Assembly (NCBI RefSeq): GCF_964204645.1
Contig: NC_134033.1
Span: 6,534,231 to 6,598,230, forward strand
Length of the DNA: 64,000 nucleotides
Origin: Tubulanus polymorphus
Lineage: Eukaryota; Animalia; Nemertea
Reading direction: 5' to 3'
Under the pieces are notes generated by a model. The model was given only the letters and a program-made list of their open reading frames with translations. It was not told the origin of the DNA and did not search any database. The position numbers were made by a program, and so were the translations under genes. Positions 25,053 through 38,061 of this stretch are shown in pieces; positions within the stretch are counted from its first letter, which is position 1; each line of letters opens with the position of its first letter.

Positions 25053-28000
25053 ACAACGAGTTTCGTCCGCCGCAACTCGAAAACGGTATCAAACTCACCC
25101 TGGAGGGTGACCACATCGTATGGTTCCCTCCTCCTCCCCGGAGCCCTCCTCCACCCCCGAATATACGCGTTGATGATATGCTAATCGAAGTGATACTTTC
25201 TCAGACCGGTGGTTTGAACGCTACTAAACCCATTATCCCGATTCAGGAGCGAAACACAGATAACGGCAACCGTGAAACTTCATCTTCGGTAAATATATCA
25301 ATTGTGCCCATCGGTAAAGGCCTAATAATCGTGGGGGGGGGGGATTCGATATTTTTCCCTATTCAAGTCTCGGGGACAATTCGCAAATGGTACAAATTCA
25401 AAATATAAAAATCAGAAATTAAAGTCATTAAAATTCAATATCATTAAATCACGATGAAGGTCACATATTGTGATATTGCATTTTGACATGCAGTTTTGAT
25501 TTTGAGAATGCTTTTGATTTTTTACTTGTGGTTGATACCCTTACGTTATTCGGTAAAAATGTTCCATTCAATTCGGTTCATCAAATGTTGGAGAAATACT
25601 CGACAAAAGGCGTTTCACCTTTTATGATAACCGATAGATTCTTGCATATGTCTAAAGTAGGTGCCCCATCTTTAGACCCGGATACAATCTGCGCCATTTC
25701 TTCTTTTCCGTAAGGTTAACTCAAATATTAATTCACGTAAGCTAGGGTGAAGTTTCAAAAATGAAAAATTTTAGGGTGTACAACGAACTTCTAGTAGCTT
25801 AATTAAACCTTATGGATAAACCATTGACTTAAAATACAACCTCGTTGATAGCAACTAACAAAGAAACTGTATAGGAAAACCTAATCGGATTGACTCAAAT
25901 TAATCATCAAGTAGCACGATGTCTGTACGTTATACGTAGAATTGGAGACGTTATTCTTAGATTTTCAAATAAGTTTATTGAAGATATCGTAGCATCGACA
26001 CTGTACTGTATATACCACCAGCGAATCTGGTGGATTTTGCCGGTACCCCCACTGTTCCGCATGGTCGATATCGGCCGATCCATGAAACCGGGAATTATCG
26101 GTCAATACGGCGGTTCTTGCTTACAGGGCAGTGAAACAACGAAACCTATAAAGCCGAAAAAACCGAAACCAAACCGTTCGAATAAAGGCGGCTCCAAACC
26201 AGGCGAGAAATGCGTTTGCGGCCGTGGACAGAGAGGTTTGTAATCAATAGAACCCACTTTACTTTTTGGAGTGATATATTTGATTTAATCAATACTGTTT
26301 CCTTACGGTTACAGGTCGCAGAGGCCCGAAGGGTCCAATGGGAAAGCAAGGATTAAAAGGCGATAAAGGAGATATCGGCCCGCATGGCCCGCCGGTAAGT
26401 AGTCAATGTTCTCTGATTGGCTACCAATTAAAATTAAAATTTACCACATTTTCAGCATTGATACCAAGAACTAAGCACGTGGTCATGGTCCAATAGACGA
26501 CACATAACATTTCGTACCCGGTATAACGATATGTTTAATCGATTCTAGGTATCTAAGTTCTGATTGGTCGGGCTATAAAATCTTGTATATGCAGGGTATT
26601 CTTCATGCAAACCGTAAATATATTTACGGTGGTCCAATGTCCTTACATCGTTTAAATATGTACGGTCTTATACATGCCTATATAATGTGTACATTCAACG
26701 AACCGCCCATATAATGTGTACATTCAACGAACCGTTCACTACTTTACGGTAGCGATCCAGCTGTGGCAAGTGTATCGCGTACGGTACTGGTGTTGATTTC
26801 TCAAGGTCATATGGCGCGTTATACACTAAGACTCAAATCATGTTCACCCAGTCCTGAGAATGGCCGGTTCGCGGGCAAAAACCGTAAAGTTTCCCAAGTC
26901 TCTGTTTATAACGCATGCGCATTAGGAAGTGTTGGGGAAATCCTCTAAGTCCAGAAATTGGTCGCGTGCGCATGCGTCGCTACATGTGTATTTTTTCCTA
27001 AACTGGGTCATGTCAGAACGCTGAAACATAGAACTATAACGGAATGAACCTGCGTGAACTTTTGCGCAGCGGGAAGGCGCAGTTTGTTTAGTCATTTAAG
27101 ACTCTTCATGATCCTTTTAGAGGATCATTTGTATTTTTGGGAATGACAGATGTTCAAGTGGTCTTGCCATAAGCTAAAAATCTAAGATATATATCGGTAT
27201 ATTATAAAGGATGAATGTATTTTTCTGCTACACATTCGGGATTCGAACCTAATAGCACTTAAAAGTAAATCCTGGGGCTATCAAAGTTCATTATTTCATA
27301 TTCGGGATGCTATCACTTTTTTACTCGGCAAACAATAACCCAGTGACACTTTAATCATCAAAGTTCATGTCGTAACGCTTGAAATACGATCAGTAATTTT
27401 CGGGTTTCGAATCTGATAGCGCCGCTTATAAGGTGAACCAGCGTAAATAAGATTAATATTTTTACGGGATTCGAGCCTAATGGAAACTACAGCGACTATT
27501 AGTCATTAAAGGTTACATGTAGCTCACATGTAGTGCCGCATGCGCAATGTGCCGATTTCTCGACTTAGAGCAATTCCAGCACTGACTAATGCGCATGCGT
27601 TAGGTAGAAACGGAGACTTGGGAAACTTTACGGTTTTTGCGGTTCGCGGAGCTCCGTATACTGCCTATACTAAAGAGCTCGCGTGAACCACCTGGGGGCG
27701 TATTTGATATTGTTAGGCTTATTTTTGATTGAAGAAACTAAAGTTATGCAGGCTTTGACACCTCACTGAATAAAGAGAATATACATAATATAATAGACCG
27801 TACATATTTAAACGATGTAAGGACATTGGACCACCGTAAATATATTAACGGTTTATATGGAGACACTGTTGGTATGAACCAATCCGAGAAAACACCTACA
27901 TCCTGTAAGATTGATATTCCGGCCAACATATATACAGAAGCTATAATAGAAGTCGCGCAGCCATGTGATTTTGTCACGTAACTTCACCATTAGCAGGTCA

Positions 28001-31000
28001 AATAAAACGAGAGATTTTCACGACAAATCCCAGAAATTTGTAAATAACCAAATTATACATCTACTGTTGTTATGAACGGTGTAGTCACCAGCACTGACGG
28101 GAAAACCGACTATGTCTATATAGCACGCGATTCTATGGTAAATTTTACGCATTTGGCGACTGTTTCAGGGAACATTTCTCAACACAGAAGGCCAGCTCAT
28201 TGGTTTACCTGGGCAGAAAGGTTCAAGAGGAAGAACAGGGACTCGTGGACGCACGGGACTGACCGGACCATCTGGTTTACCGGGATTGGGTGAGCTTATT
28301 ATTTATCTTTATTGCTCGTAAAACCGTCCATTCAAGGGTCAAGGGCCATATTTAACAACTGTAGAACCACTGTCAAACGGAAGTAGGTCATAATTCAGAA
28401 TAACATCACACAATGCGGAACTGGATCTAGAGTCAAATTAAACTTAGTCAATTGTGGAAGGGGATCAAGAGTCAAATTAGGATATAAAACACTATGGAGA
28501 AGAAAAACCAGCTTCCTCCTGGTATCTACGAAATTTTGTAATCGCTGTGCCAACTGTTAAATCTGTGTAGACCTTTGTTTAAAATCTTGTTGTTCAAATG
28601 TTTCTGCTTTAGATGGTGTTAAAGGTGAAAAAGGAGAATCAGGCGCATGTCAGGGTCAGTGTCCGGTTCCTCTGAAAGGCGTTCGCGGTGAACCCGGTGT
28701 TCCCGGTAACCAGGGGCAACCGGGGAGACCGGGACAGCCGGGTAAAGACGGTATTCCGGGGGTAACTATTGAAATTATTATATAATCATTATGATTATTA
28801 ATCAAAATTTCAAATTGAATCGTGGATGTGAAAAAAGCGTTTGAGGACAAGATTCGATAATCTCTTCCAAATAATATTGAAAATCCGTAAGATATTTTCA
28901 TTTGAATTTCATATCTCGACCCGAAATTATCTTTCAGAAAATAAGTGTTGTTATTGTCGGATAATGCTTTTCTTTGAGACACTGGTTCAACACCAGAATA
29001 GGTCAATATAGTTCCATCGTGGTGGGTTTTCTTTAATGAAGTGAGTGGTTCGGCAATTTAAAATCGTCGGAATTGTCGACAAGTAAAATTGGTCCGATTT
29101 TACTCGTCGACAATGTCTACAATCCTGATTGCCGATCGATTTATCTCGTCGACAATGTATTCAACCCTTATTGTCGATCATCTCGATCGAGATTGAAGAC
29201 ATTTTCGACGAGTAAAATCGGTTTACAATCAGGATTGTTGACATCGTCGACGAGCAGAATCGGTCGACATTTAGGATCGTAGACATTGTCGACGAGTAAA
29301 ATCGGCCGACATTTAGGATTGTAGACATTTTCGACAAGTAAAATCAGTCGAAGATTAGAATCAGTCCATTATAGTCGGATTAATTTCAAATACCAATCCG
29401 ATGTGATTAGATTCTGCGCAGATCTACTTTTACGTGTTCTCGATTTGCGCCGAGACACTTATGTAGAATCATCAGTTGTAGTTGAGTAGGACAGGAATCT
29501 GCTGTAATTTAAACAATACACCTTTCACCAAAACTTTTGGAAAACAAGTGGAAAAATCGAACGCCACTGTGCCGCAATCGATGATTCCATCTATGGCAAG
29601 TAATCATCCGTCAGGATCGCGAAAAAGGGACTCGGCCTTCGTTTCAGGTAAGATAGAATGAACTTGCTTTAAACGAACCGATCATCAATTTAAAGTATAT
29701 TTGGGTAGCCCTGTGATAAGGTATGTATTCGCGGGATAGAAATCCATACCGCGTAGAATTGATCGGTAATAAACTAATTTGTTACAACGTAAGACGTCAC
29801 GCCCTTTGGTGGTAACTGGCGTTGCGATTTCCATCATAACGGGCTACTGGCACACCTCAGATGGCATAACAATACACCCAGTTATGTAGTGATACTTTGT
29901 TCATTTCCAATTTACTTTGAACTAGAATATTCTAGACCGCTTCCAAATGTAAATGTTGTCAATGAAGTCACCCCAAATGGATATATACCGACGTTCCCAA
30001 TGAGAGTATGCTTATACCGGAAATTGATTCACTTAAAAGAACCGTTAATTCAAATGAATTGCGGTAACTGAGTAACCACTTGCGAACCTGGGTGATTCTT
30101 GCCTGCCATACGTGGAATCTCCGGTTGCCACAGTAGCGGTGCCCCATTCATGGCACCCAGAACAATTATTCCTTGTGAATTTGACATTCATATTTTGTTA
30201 GCTGGTCATTTTTGCGGATGCCTCGTCGATGATTGCTGTATCTGTCGAGGGTTTAATCGCTTATAGAACAGACACACAGAGACTCTACGTCAGAGATAGA
30301 ACCGATTGGAAAACCATCAAGGTAAATCGAAGAACCTAGTTATCCATTTGCTACTGCGGTCTATTCAGAATTCGAGTCTCGAGAGAGAAACAATTGGTTT
30401 AGACAGACTTTCAATTAGAATGATGATCAAAACTGTCCTATGATTACGTTGAACAAAAATGTAATACATGACTCACAACTCTGTTCCACAGACACACTCT
30501 AGGTTCCATTTAGGTTTCATTGATAAGTGGTTCTGTGAAATCGCAGTTGTGAGTTGGTCGAATTGAAATTGTTTATCTAACATATCTAGCCTCTTTAATC
30601 AACTTACAACAGTGAGAGCCCGATCAATGTAAGTGACAGATATTTCAAATGTTTTTATTGCTCGAACATGTTTATAACCTCTAGGCTAAAGGGGATCTTC
30701 AGCGTGCAAACCTTACGCTGCATGCTTGAATGAGGTTTAATATGTTACAGACTGCCCAATGCGGGGATGGAGTCACTGATTATGACGTTGAAGAACAATG
30801 CGATGATGCAAACGAGAACCCGTACGATTCTTGTGTCAGTAAGTTGTTCATTACTTTACAACGCGTGACCTTCTGGTGAGCTAGAGACACGCGTGTATGC
30901 GTTTCATCTTGCGTTGCGTTGAGTTCGTCGCTGCGTTTTGCCCGATGTCAACATCGATATCGATATCTGCCTCGTATTGCGCTGCTAATAGGAAGTAGAC

Positions 31001-32255
31001 TAATTTCGGGCAATTTTGATTTACAATTAAAATCTCAGTTTGTATTTAGTCCATTGCTTGTCGAATAAGGAATGCTTTGGTCGTTACACGATAGCTCCGC
31101 AGCGATTTCGCAACGCATTACGCATCATTGCAACGCATCAACTTCAAGTTCAAGTTGCCGAACTCCGGGTAAATGCGGCATTCCGGGGATAACTATTCAG
31201 ATTTCAACATCAGAAGCAGATCCAGTGCATCGCTGATAACTGCATAGATTTGTTTGTTTTGTTCACAATCCTAGAAACTACAGACAGATATATGCACAGC
31301 AAGTGCAAATTACTTGAGGGTGGTCTGGGGGTCCTAACCCAGAAAAAGTTAATTAGGATGCACGGGGAACCATCATCTCGCTTTCTAGTGATGAAAATTA
31401 CGTTTGCAAATTTGTTCTCAGTACCGATCGATTGGCATAGGCGCTAAGTGGGATCCGTCCTTCGAATATCTCCCGATGATGACTGTAAGTCGAAAACGTC
31501 GAACGAACTACTGCCTCGAGGAAACATTTTCGGACGATTTGTATTCGTTATCATTGTGGGATTGTCTATAGATTATTGTATCTCCAGAATCATAAATGTT
31601 ACAGACTGATTTAAAACTATACGTAGTTTCAAATCCACACTTTTCCACACGACTCACTTGGCCTCGTCACGTGACTGTTCGCGAACATCCGAAATACGTT
31701 TTCCACGTCTGACCATTGTTCAAAATCTATTCTAGCTAACGGCGGCTAGACACCACTAGATCCCGGTGTACAACAGGGATATTGCGTTGTGCCAGCATTT
31801 GCAATTAATACGCTTCTCTACATTTTTGATATTTTCAACTGTATATTTTCCAGATCTTGATTGAACGAAAATAATGTATCATCGTTAGGTTTTTTCCAAA
31901 TTCGGAAATGTCCCCCTGTCCCGAACATCAGCAATTTTCTTTTATATCTGTTGTAATCTGTTGTTTTTTACAGGTTGTAAACATTCATATTGTGGCGATG
32001 GCATAGTTTGGGCCAATCACGAAGAGTGCGACGGTTTCAACTTCCAGGGACAAACATGCGACAGCTGGAGTACCGGGTACGCAGTTTTAGTACAGTAGTA
32101 ATTCCGACAATTAGATGACGGTATGATTTATCATACAGTGTGTAAAAAAGACTACATTTGAATATCGATCGATTTCATTATAATTTAGATCACGTGGAAC
32201 ACTGAAGTGTGACGACGAGTGCCGAATCGATTACTCGGGATGTATTCGCCCCTGA
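25053..32255 (+). CDS. COLQ: ColQ-like collagen (acetylcholinesterase collagenic tail-like), multi-exon; first coding exon not located
   Basis: GT-AG exons in consistent phase: 25053-25288 (WFPPPPRSPPPPP, PRAD-like), 26127-26235, 26315-26394, 28169-28289, 28613-28761 (Gly-X-Y), 30202-30321 (IAYRTDTQRLYVRDRTDWKTI), 30751-30838 (CGDG..EQCDDAN), 31974-32076 (YCGDG..EECDG.NF..QTC), 32189-32255 (GTLKC...C.ID.SGC, stop); AATAAA at 32340. Domain order matches vertebrate ColQ. Confidence 0.82.
26605..27852. mobile_element. Fold-back/long-TIR non-autonomous element in a ColQ-like intron
   Basis: Two nested pairs of inverted arms: about 26610-26668 vs 27796-27852, and about 26875-26977 vs 27537-27640. 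Confidence 0.7.
29060..29360. repeat. ~41-bp degenerate repeats in inverted arrangement (MITE-like)
   Basis: Repeated GTCGACGAGTAAAATCGG...AGGATTGTAGACATT and its reverse complement. Confidence 0.65.
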
Positions 32256-32454
32256 TGACGTCATCTACAGGCGATTCGACTAAATGAATGCTGATTTGTA
32301 CGGGGTTTGGTGAAATCGACTTTATAATATCTTTTCGTCAATAAAATCCGTTCAAACTTTGATGCCGGGCCGGTTCAAGTCCAGTATAGCGTGGAATAGT
32401 TCCCCGCTCAAAGATACTTTTTTAGAAAAGGAGTAATTCGGCTTCGTACTTTTC

Positions 32455-32895
32455 AAGACAAACCGACAAACCGACGAACCGACGAACCGACAAACCGACA
32501 TACTCGTAGTCCCTCGATCCAGCCACGGGTAATCCACGGAAAAACCCTGTCCCTCGATCCTAGCCACATTGTATAAGGGTAATCCACGCAACCACACAGC
32601 CCCTCGATCCTAGCCACTTTATATGAAGGCAATCGGCGGGTAATCCACGCATATACCCAGCCCCTCGATCCCAGCCACTTTATATAAGGGTAAGCCATGC
32701 ACCACACAGCCCCTCGATCCCAGCCACTTTATATAAGGGTAATCCACGCAAACACGCAGCCCCTCCAGCCGCTTTATATAAGTGTAATCCACGCACGGAT
32801 TTGTCGGTTCGTCGGTTTGTCGGTTTTTCAGTTCGTCGGTATGTCGGTTCGTCGGTTTGTCGGTATGTCGGTTCGTTGGTTTGTCGGTATGTTCG
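32455..32895. repeat. Composite repeat: (AACCGACR)n flanks in inverted orientation around ~60-bp tandem units
   Basis: AAACCGACGAACCGAC at left, GTCGGTTCGTCGGTTT at right; CCCTCGATCC(C/T)AGCCACTTTATATAAGGGTAATCCACGC repeated about 5 times. Confidence 0.7.
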
Positions 32896-33522
32896 CACGG
32901 CACGTCCCTATGGCGTAATGTCGTAAGATTCAATCAGTCCAATATTGGCGGATTAATTCCAAATACCAGTCCAATGTGATAAGTCTCTGCTGGAACTATT
33001 TAATGCTTTAATGGACTTGAGCCGCCGGACCCACATATGCTTAATAGCACATTGATCTCGTGTAGGCCTCTAAGCTTGTTGAGTTTAACAATCATTAAAA
33101 CAAAACTAAACCGGAACAATTCAGTCGTCGACTTATTCATTTCATCGGTGACACATAGCGAAATTAAAATCGCATATTTCGTTATATTCCTGGGCGGATC
33201 CAGGGACCAGCGTCCTTCCCCATGTAATTTTTGAAAATTTATTGCCTTTTGGTGCATTTACCAGCAATAAATGACGTTCTGATGCAAATTGCTTTTAAGG
33301 AAATTTGCTGCATCGAGATGCAGTTTCCAGGCAATAAAGGTAAAATCCTGAAGAACTGTTGTTGAGATAATCTGCCTCTTCTTGTAAAAAAGCGCCTTTT
33401 GACAACATATTGTGTCCTTTTTTCGAAGTGAAAAGGGCACAATATGTTGACCCGCGATTCTAAATTGTAAGTTAACTATAAGTTATAGAACGATAACCAC
33501 ACTCAAACGTGGTGAACGGATA

Positions 33523-33664
33523 ATAAGATAAAAACGCACCATCTACAGATTAAAAGAATTTAAAAACAAGAATTTATTTATTTAATCTTCGAGTTTTTAA
33601 TTCAATAAATAAATTCTTGTTTTTAAATTCTTTTAATCTGTAGATAGTGCGTTTTTATCTTATT
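33523..33664. repeat. ~140-bp near-perfect palindrome
   Basis: ATAAGATAAAAACGCACCATCTACAGATTAAAAGAATTTAAAAACAAGAATTTATTTA is mirrored as TAAATAAATTCTTGTTTTTAAATTCTTTTAATCTGTAGATAGTGCGTTTTTATCTTAT. Confidence 0.85.
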
Positions 33665-33784
33665 AACTATAAGTTAACTGTCAGGTGAGCTACCATCATT
33701 GGTAGTTTATCTTCTAACCATTTTCAATTATGTTTTTTTTTGTGAAGGTGTACGTATGACGGGAATCCAACTTTAGATCAAAGG

Positions 33785-34743
33785 TTATTTGACTGAATTT
33801 CTACAGCGTATTTTCGTACAGAAATGTTCACGTATTTCTCGTCCCAGTAGAAGATATATGAACAAATTTACCACATAGTTACACACATGAAAGTGCGTGA
33901 AAATATAATATAGAAGTGTTCGCTGTTCCGGTGAAATTGGTAAAAATGTAGCAATAGTGGCTGGAAGTGTAAATATTGCAAATGCGAGTGAAACTGTTAC
34001 AAGCATTACAAGTATTGTTGTACGTTTCGATTTTGTAGTTTTCCGATCAGACGATACCATTCTCGAACTTCTGAATAACTGAACGATTATAACAGAATTT
34101 GATATAATGATCGAAGATAGAGGCAGAACGTAATCGTGGACGACAGAATGGTCAAATATGTTATTTTGTCGAATAATACATAATAACATCCAAAAAACTG
34201 TTCTGAAAAAAGTATCCTCAAAGCAGGCGTGAGATATAGAATCATTGCGTTCATTGCAGTTATCACCAATGTAGTCACTCTAGCGAATCTAGGTGTACAT
34301 ACCAAACGAAATGTGAAACCAGCGCGCAGAAGCCAGCGATGGAAGAGCACAACCAGCGCGCGTTCTAGATATATTGCTACTATAAACCAAGAACTATTGC
34401 AGCCAGCAAGTGCCGTCACGAATCCGTATATGTGAGAGCTGATGAGTGAATTAAATACAGGACCAGTGTTTAGATGAAAGAGAACAAACTGTAAAACAGG
34501 CATCAGCGAAAAATTCAGACAGTACACAAAATCACTGAGAGACAAGACGATCAAATATATAGCGTAAGATAACCCGCGGAATCTACGACTTATCATTATC
34601 AGGAAAGTAGCTGAATTCCCGAAGGCGCCAACCAAGAACACGATAGGTAGAATGACCAATGACAGCGTACGATACATTCCAAATCTGTTCACCAAGGACA
34701 TAAGAACGTACGTTCGGCCCATATCATTCTGAGTAGAGTTCAT
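33785..34743 (-). pseudogene. Intronless class A (rhodopsin-like) peptide GPCR with a frameshift in TM5
   Basis: GN (TM1), LSLSD (TM2), ERALVV (TM3), FTLP (TM6), NYVVNLFIY (TM7); two overlapping ORFs join near 34130-34140. Confidence 0.85.
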
Positions 34744-37701
34744 GATTCAACATAAATAAGTGTACAAACGCGCGGTGGGACTATTTCAATAGACTGATGC
34801 AAATAAGAGCTATGTGTTATTATTGAAGCTCACAATTTTACATTCGCATTAAATGAAAAATCAATTTTCTAAATATGACACAATTTCTCCATAGTTTGTG
34901 AAATTTAACTATACACTGTGAAATATATGAATGTTACTAAATTCAATATAGATATTCGCTGTACGAGAACAGATTGTTATGGTGAAACTTGCAGTACAAC
35001 GCATATCATAACAAGCTGGAAAATATTTGCGCATGATCAATTCGTTCTAAATAAAGTCAGAGCAATTTTACAATGAAGAACGCCTGCGATAAGTGAAGGA
35101 ATGATTGCCCACCCTAAAATTCCATCCTAAAATGTAAGCAATTCGATTCAAGGGTGGCAAAGAAAAGAATATTCTGGAACATGGTGCGGCTAAAGCTTAA
35201 TAGGTCTCCTCACAAGATTGACATCATTATGGCGTGCGTAATTAAGATATAGTTTTCTATGTCCCTGGTTTGAGTAAGCACTTGTCAAATGATTGCTCTA
35301 ATGTTCAGGTGAGATTTGATTGTGCTGTAGGCTTAAGAAGTTGATAGAAGTCTTAATATTACAAATGCGATTAAAACTGTTACAAGCTGTATTGCTGCTT
35401 TTGTTCTGTCAAATTATTGCATTTCAGCTAAAATAAGACTTAGCCACACTCGCTGCGCACCTGGAATAATACTATAAATAAGATATATTATATTTTTCTG
35501 CATATACACGAAACGATTATGCCGGCTGAAAACAACGAGGGTGAAAGGTTGGGGACTCGCCAGAGAGTTCGAACATGGCCAAAAATATACAAACATACAC
35601 CAACGCTCTCATAGAAAGTTGAGCACCAGTATTTTCCTATAACTATTACTGTTACAGTATATCTCCATATGACGTAGATGATCAGCACTTCAAGACCTGT
35701 CAGTAACACTCAAACTCTTCTTCCGTTACGAATGCATTTAGCTTTATTTCGTTCAGCAAACAAATACAGTTTTCGGCTAGCTGGTCTATCCCTGTCACGC
35801 AGGTTCCAAGGCTAGATCTCAAATCAATCTCGCGCCATCAAAGATTCCAAAATATTAATACAATATTATAGTCACTGTAAGTCACTGTACAGTTGGAAAC
35901 AACAACGATAACAAACCAAAATAGGCATTGTTATATAGTGTCAGCTCAGGGAGTTTGTTGCCAGTATGTCTGGATGATTTGAGACAATGTTTCTGAATAA
36001 ATAATTAACATTTGACACCCCGACAGTCTTAAACAGTGTAGTTTAATGTTTTTATAATAACCTGGTTGCGCATTTGTTTTTTTAAATCCTTCCATATTAT
36101 TAACGGAATATTGTCCGCAAAATTAAGTTTGCTATAAAAGGACCGATTGCTGCCCAATAAAACGCTCAAAGTATTTACAAACTCAACATAATAGAGCTGT
36201 GGCAGAGGGTGAAAAGACAAAGCTACGAAAACGTAACATACGTATGTATACGATAAGTGTATGCAATCAGCCGAAACACGAAATTCTAACAGAACCTCTA
36301 GCAATCCTCTCGCGATGTTTAAACCTAAGGCAAACTAGAATAGAACACAAGCTTCCTGGAACTCATCTTTCACTACTATGCTTCATTTTATATTCAAAAA
36401 ACAATTCATCAACCACAATTGGATTTTACTCTCTAAATTCGAACCCATCGTCCCATCTCATGTTCTATAATTTCAAACCAAATCGTCAATCCCAAATAAA
36501 TCCGGACTATCAATTTTTTTCCTCTTTCCCACATTTTTAATCTCTTATTTTCTATATTCTCTCACAATAGAAGAGTCTCCTTACAAAATCTATATCGGCG
36601 GTCAACAGCAAAACTGCAGGACTGAATGCTCTCGACCGAAACGCACAAACTCTTACAAACTCAACATAATGGAGCCGACCGAGGGTAAAAAGACGAATCC
36701 ATGAAAGGCTACGCATACATGCGTATTCAATGGGCCGAGAAATAAAGCTAACTAAAACCCCAAGCCTATATACCTATACCATCACGCAACAGACCTAGGG
36801 CAAACTAAAATAGAACTAGATTCCAAATCAACTTCCGAACTGATTCTCCACTCTCATCTTCTATGATCAAAACAACTGATCCATCACAAATAAATCTCGA
36901 CTGTATTTCTTATTTCATTTTCCTCATATCTTTTTTTCTCTTTTTTTGCTTATTCTCTTTTTATCTCCTATTCTCGAGTTCTCTTATCTTCTATTACTCA
37001 ACATTGAAAATCATCATTCTCCTTCAAAATTCAATCGTCGGTCTACTACCAAGTAAACCCACGACGATTGACCAAAACATCAGATTCAAGCCTCCGGTTT
37101 GCTAGTGAGCCAAACTCACGGCGTTTGACTAAAATGCCAGGCTTTAGCTTCTAGGTTTGCTGGTCAGGCAAACTCAACGACGGTACCCAGAACGCCAGGC
37201 TACATATACACATATCTCACAAGCCTACGTGGATCCACTACGAGAGTAAACTCACGACATTTGACCAAAACGTAACAGGCTTGGCCTCCGGTTTGCTGGT
37301 CAGGCAAACTCAGCGACGATACCCAGAGCGTCAGGCTCAAAAACTTAGAAAATTCGCCACAGACAATACACATATGCACACTCGGCCAAAGTGAAAGAGA
37401 CACGTCCTGCGACTTTGAAACCAAAGCCACACTGAATAACTTCCGCATACTCGCAGCGCCGCATGGTGAGAATAGATTAATGTCCGCATGAGACCGTTTT
37501 AGTTTTGTACCGGTATATTTTTCATCAATAATGAGGACTCTTCGCCACCAACTATGCCACTAGATGGCGTGCGTATCAGTGCGTCAACCCTGTCAAAATC
37601 TAGTTTATTTTCAATGAAATTCATCTAGATTTTTAGCCTCCATCATCAGAAATTAGGCAAATCACTCCTCTCGATAAACTCAGATGATCTTAAGGTTCGT
37701 A

Positions 37702-38061
37702 AGTAATTGTATAAATAGGCTTTCATACCAGAGGTCGAGCTCATAAAAAATAAAATAAATGAAATAAATTCTCGCACGCTCGAATTTATTTTTATTTCTC
37801 ATTCACTCACCCCGTCAACCTCTGATATGAAAGCCTATTTATACAATTACTCTAATAATTCCATATATATGAATATCACATATATGAATAACATTTATAA
37901 ATCAAAATCATATTCATGAATAATATATAAATCAAAACAATTTTAATAAAAAATATGTATAATAAATGAAGAGTAAACAAATACACAGTGAATTCTTAAC
38001 TAGAATCAAAGATACTACAAGTGTCAAATCTGTAGATTATAAATTCAAAAAGTTAACGGAA
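37702..38061 (+). mobile_element. Polinton-related copy B, left part: 150-bp fold-back plus 5' half of the small ORF
   Basis: Palindrome 37702-37851 (AGTAATTG...CAATTACT); TAAATG start at 37967, MKSKQIHSEFLTRIKDTTSVKSVDYKFKKLTE, homologous to the ORF starting at 11964(-). Confidence 0.8.

Noticed and set aside
28656-29006. Minus-strand ORF with PG-rich repeats
   Set aside because: Antisense shadow of the plus-strand collagen exon 28613-28761.
29615-29647. Possible extra micro-exon of the ColQ-like gene (DREKGTRPSFQ)
   Set aside because: Good donor but weak acceptor, and not needed to keep the frame.
36150-37440. Two ~480-bp degenerate duplicates and short repeats with small ORFs
   Set aside because: No termini or protein motifs could be assigned; likely old repeat debris.
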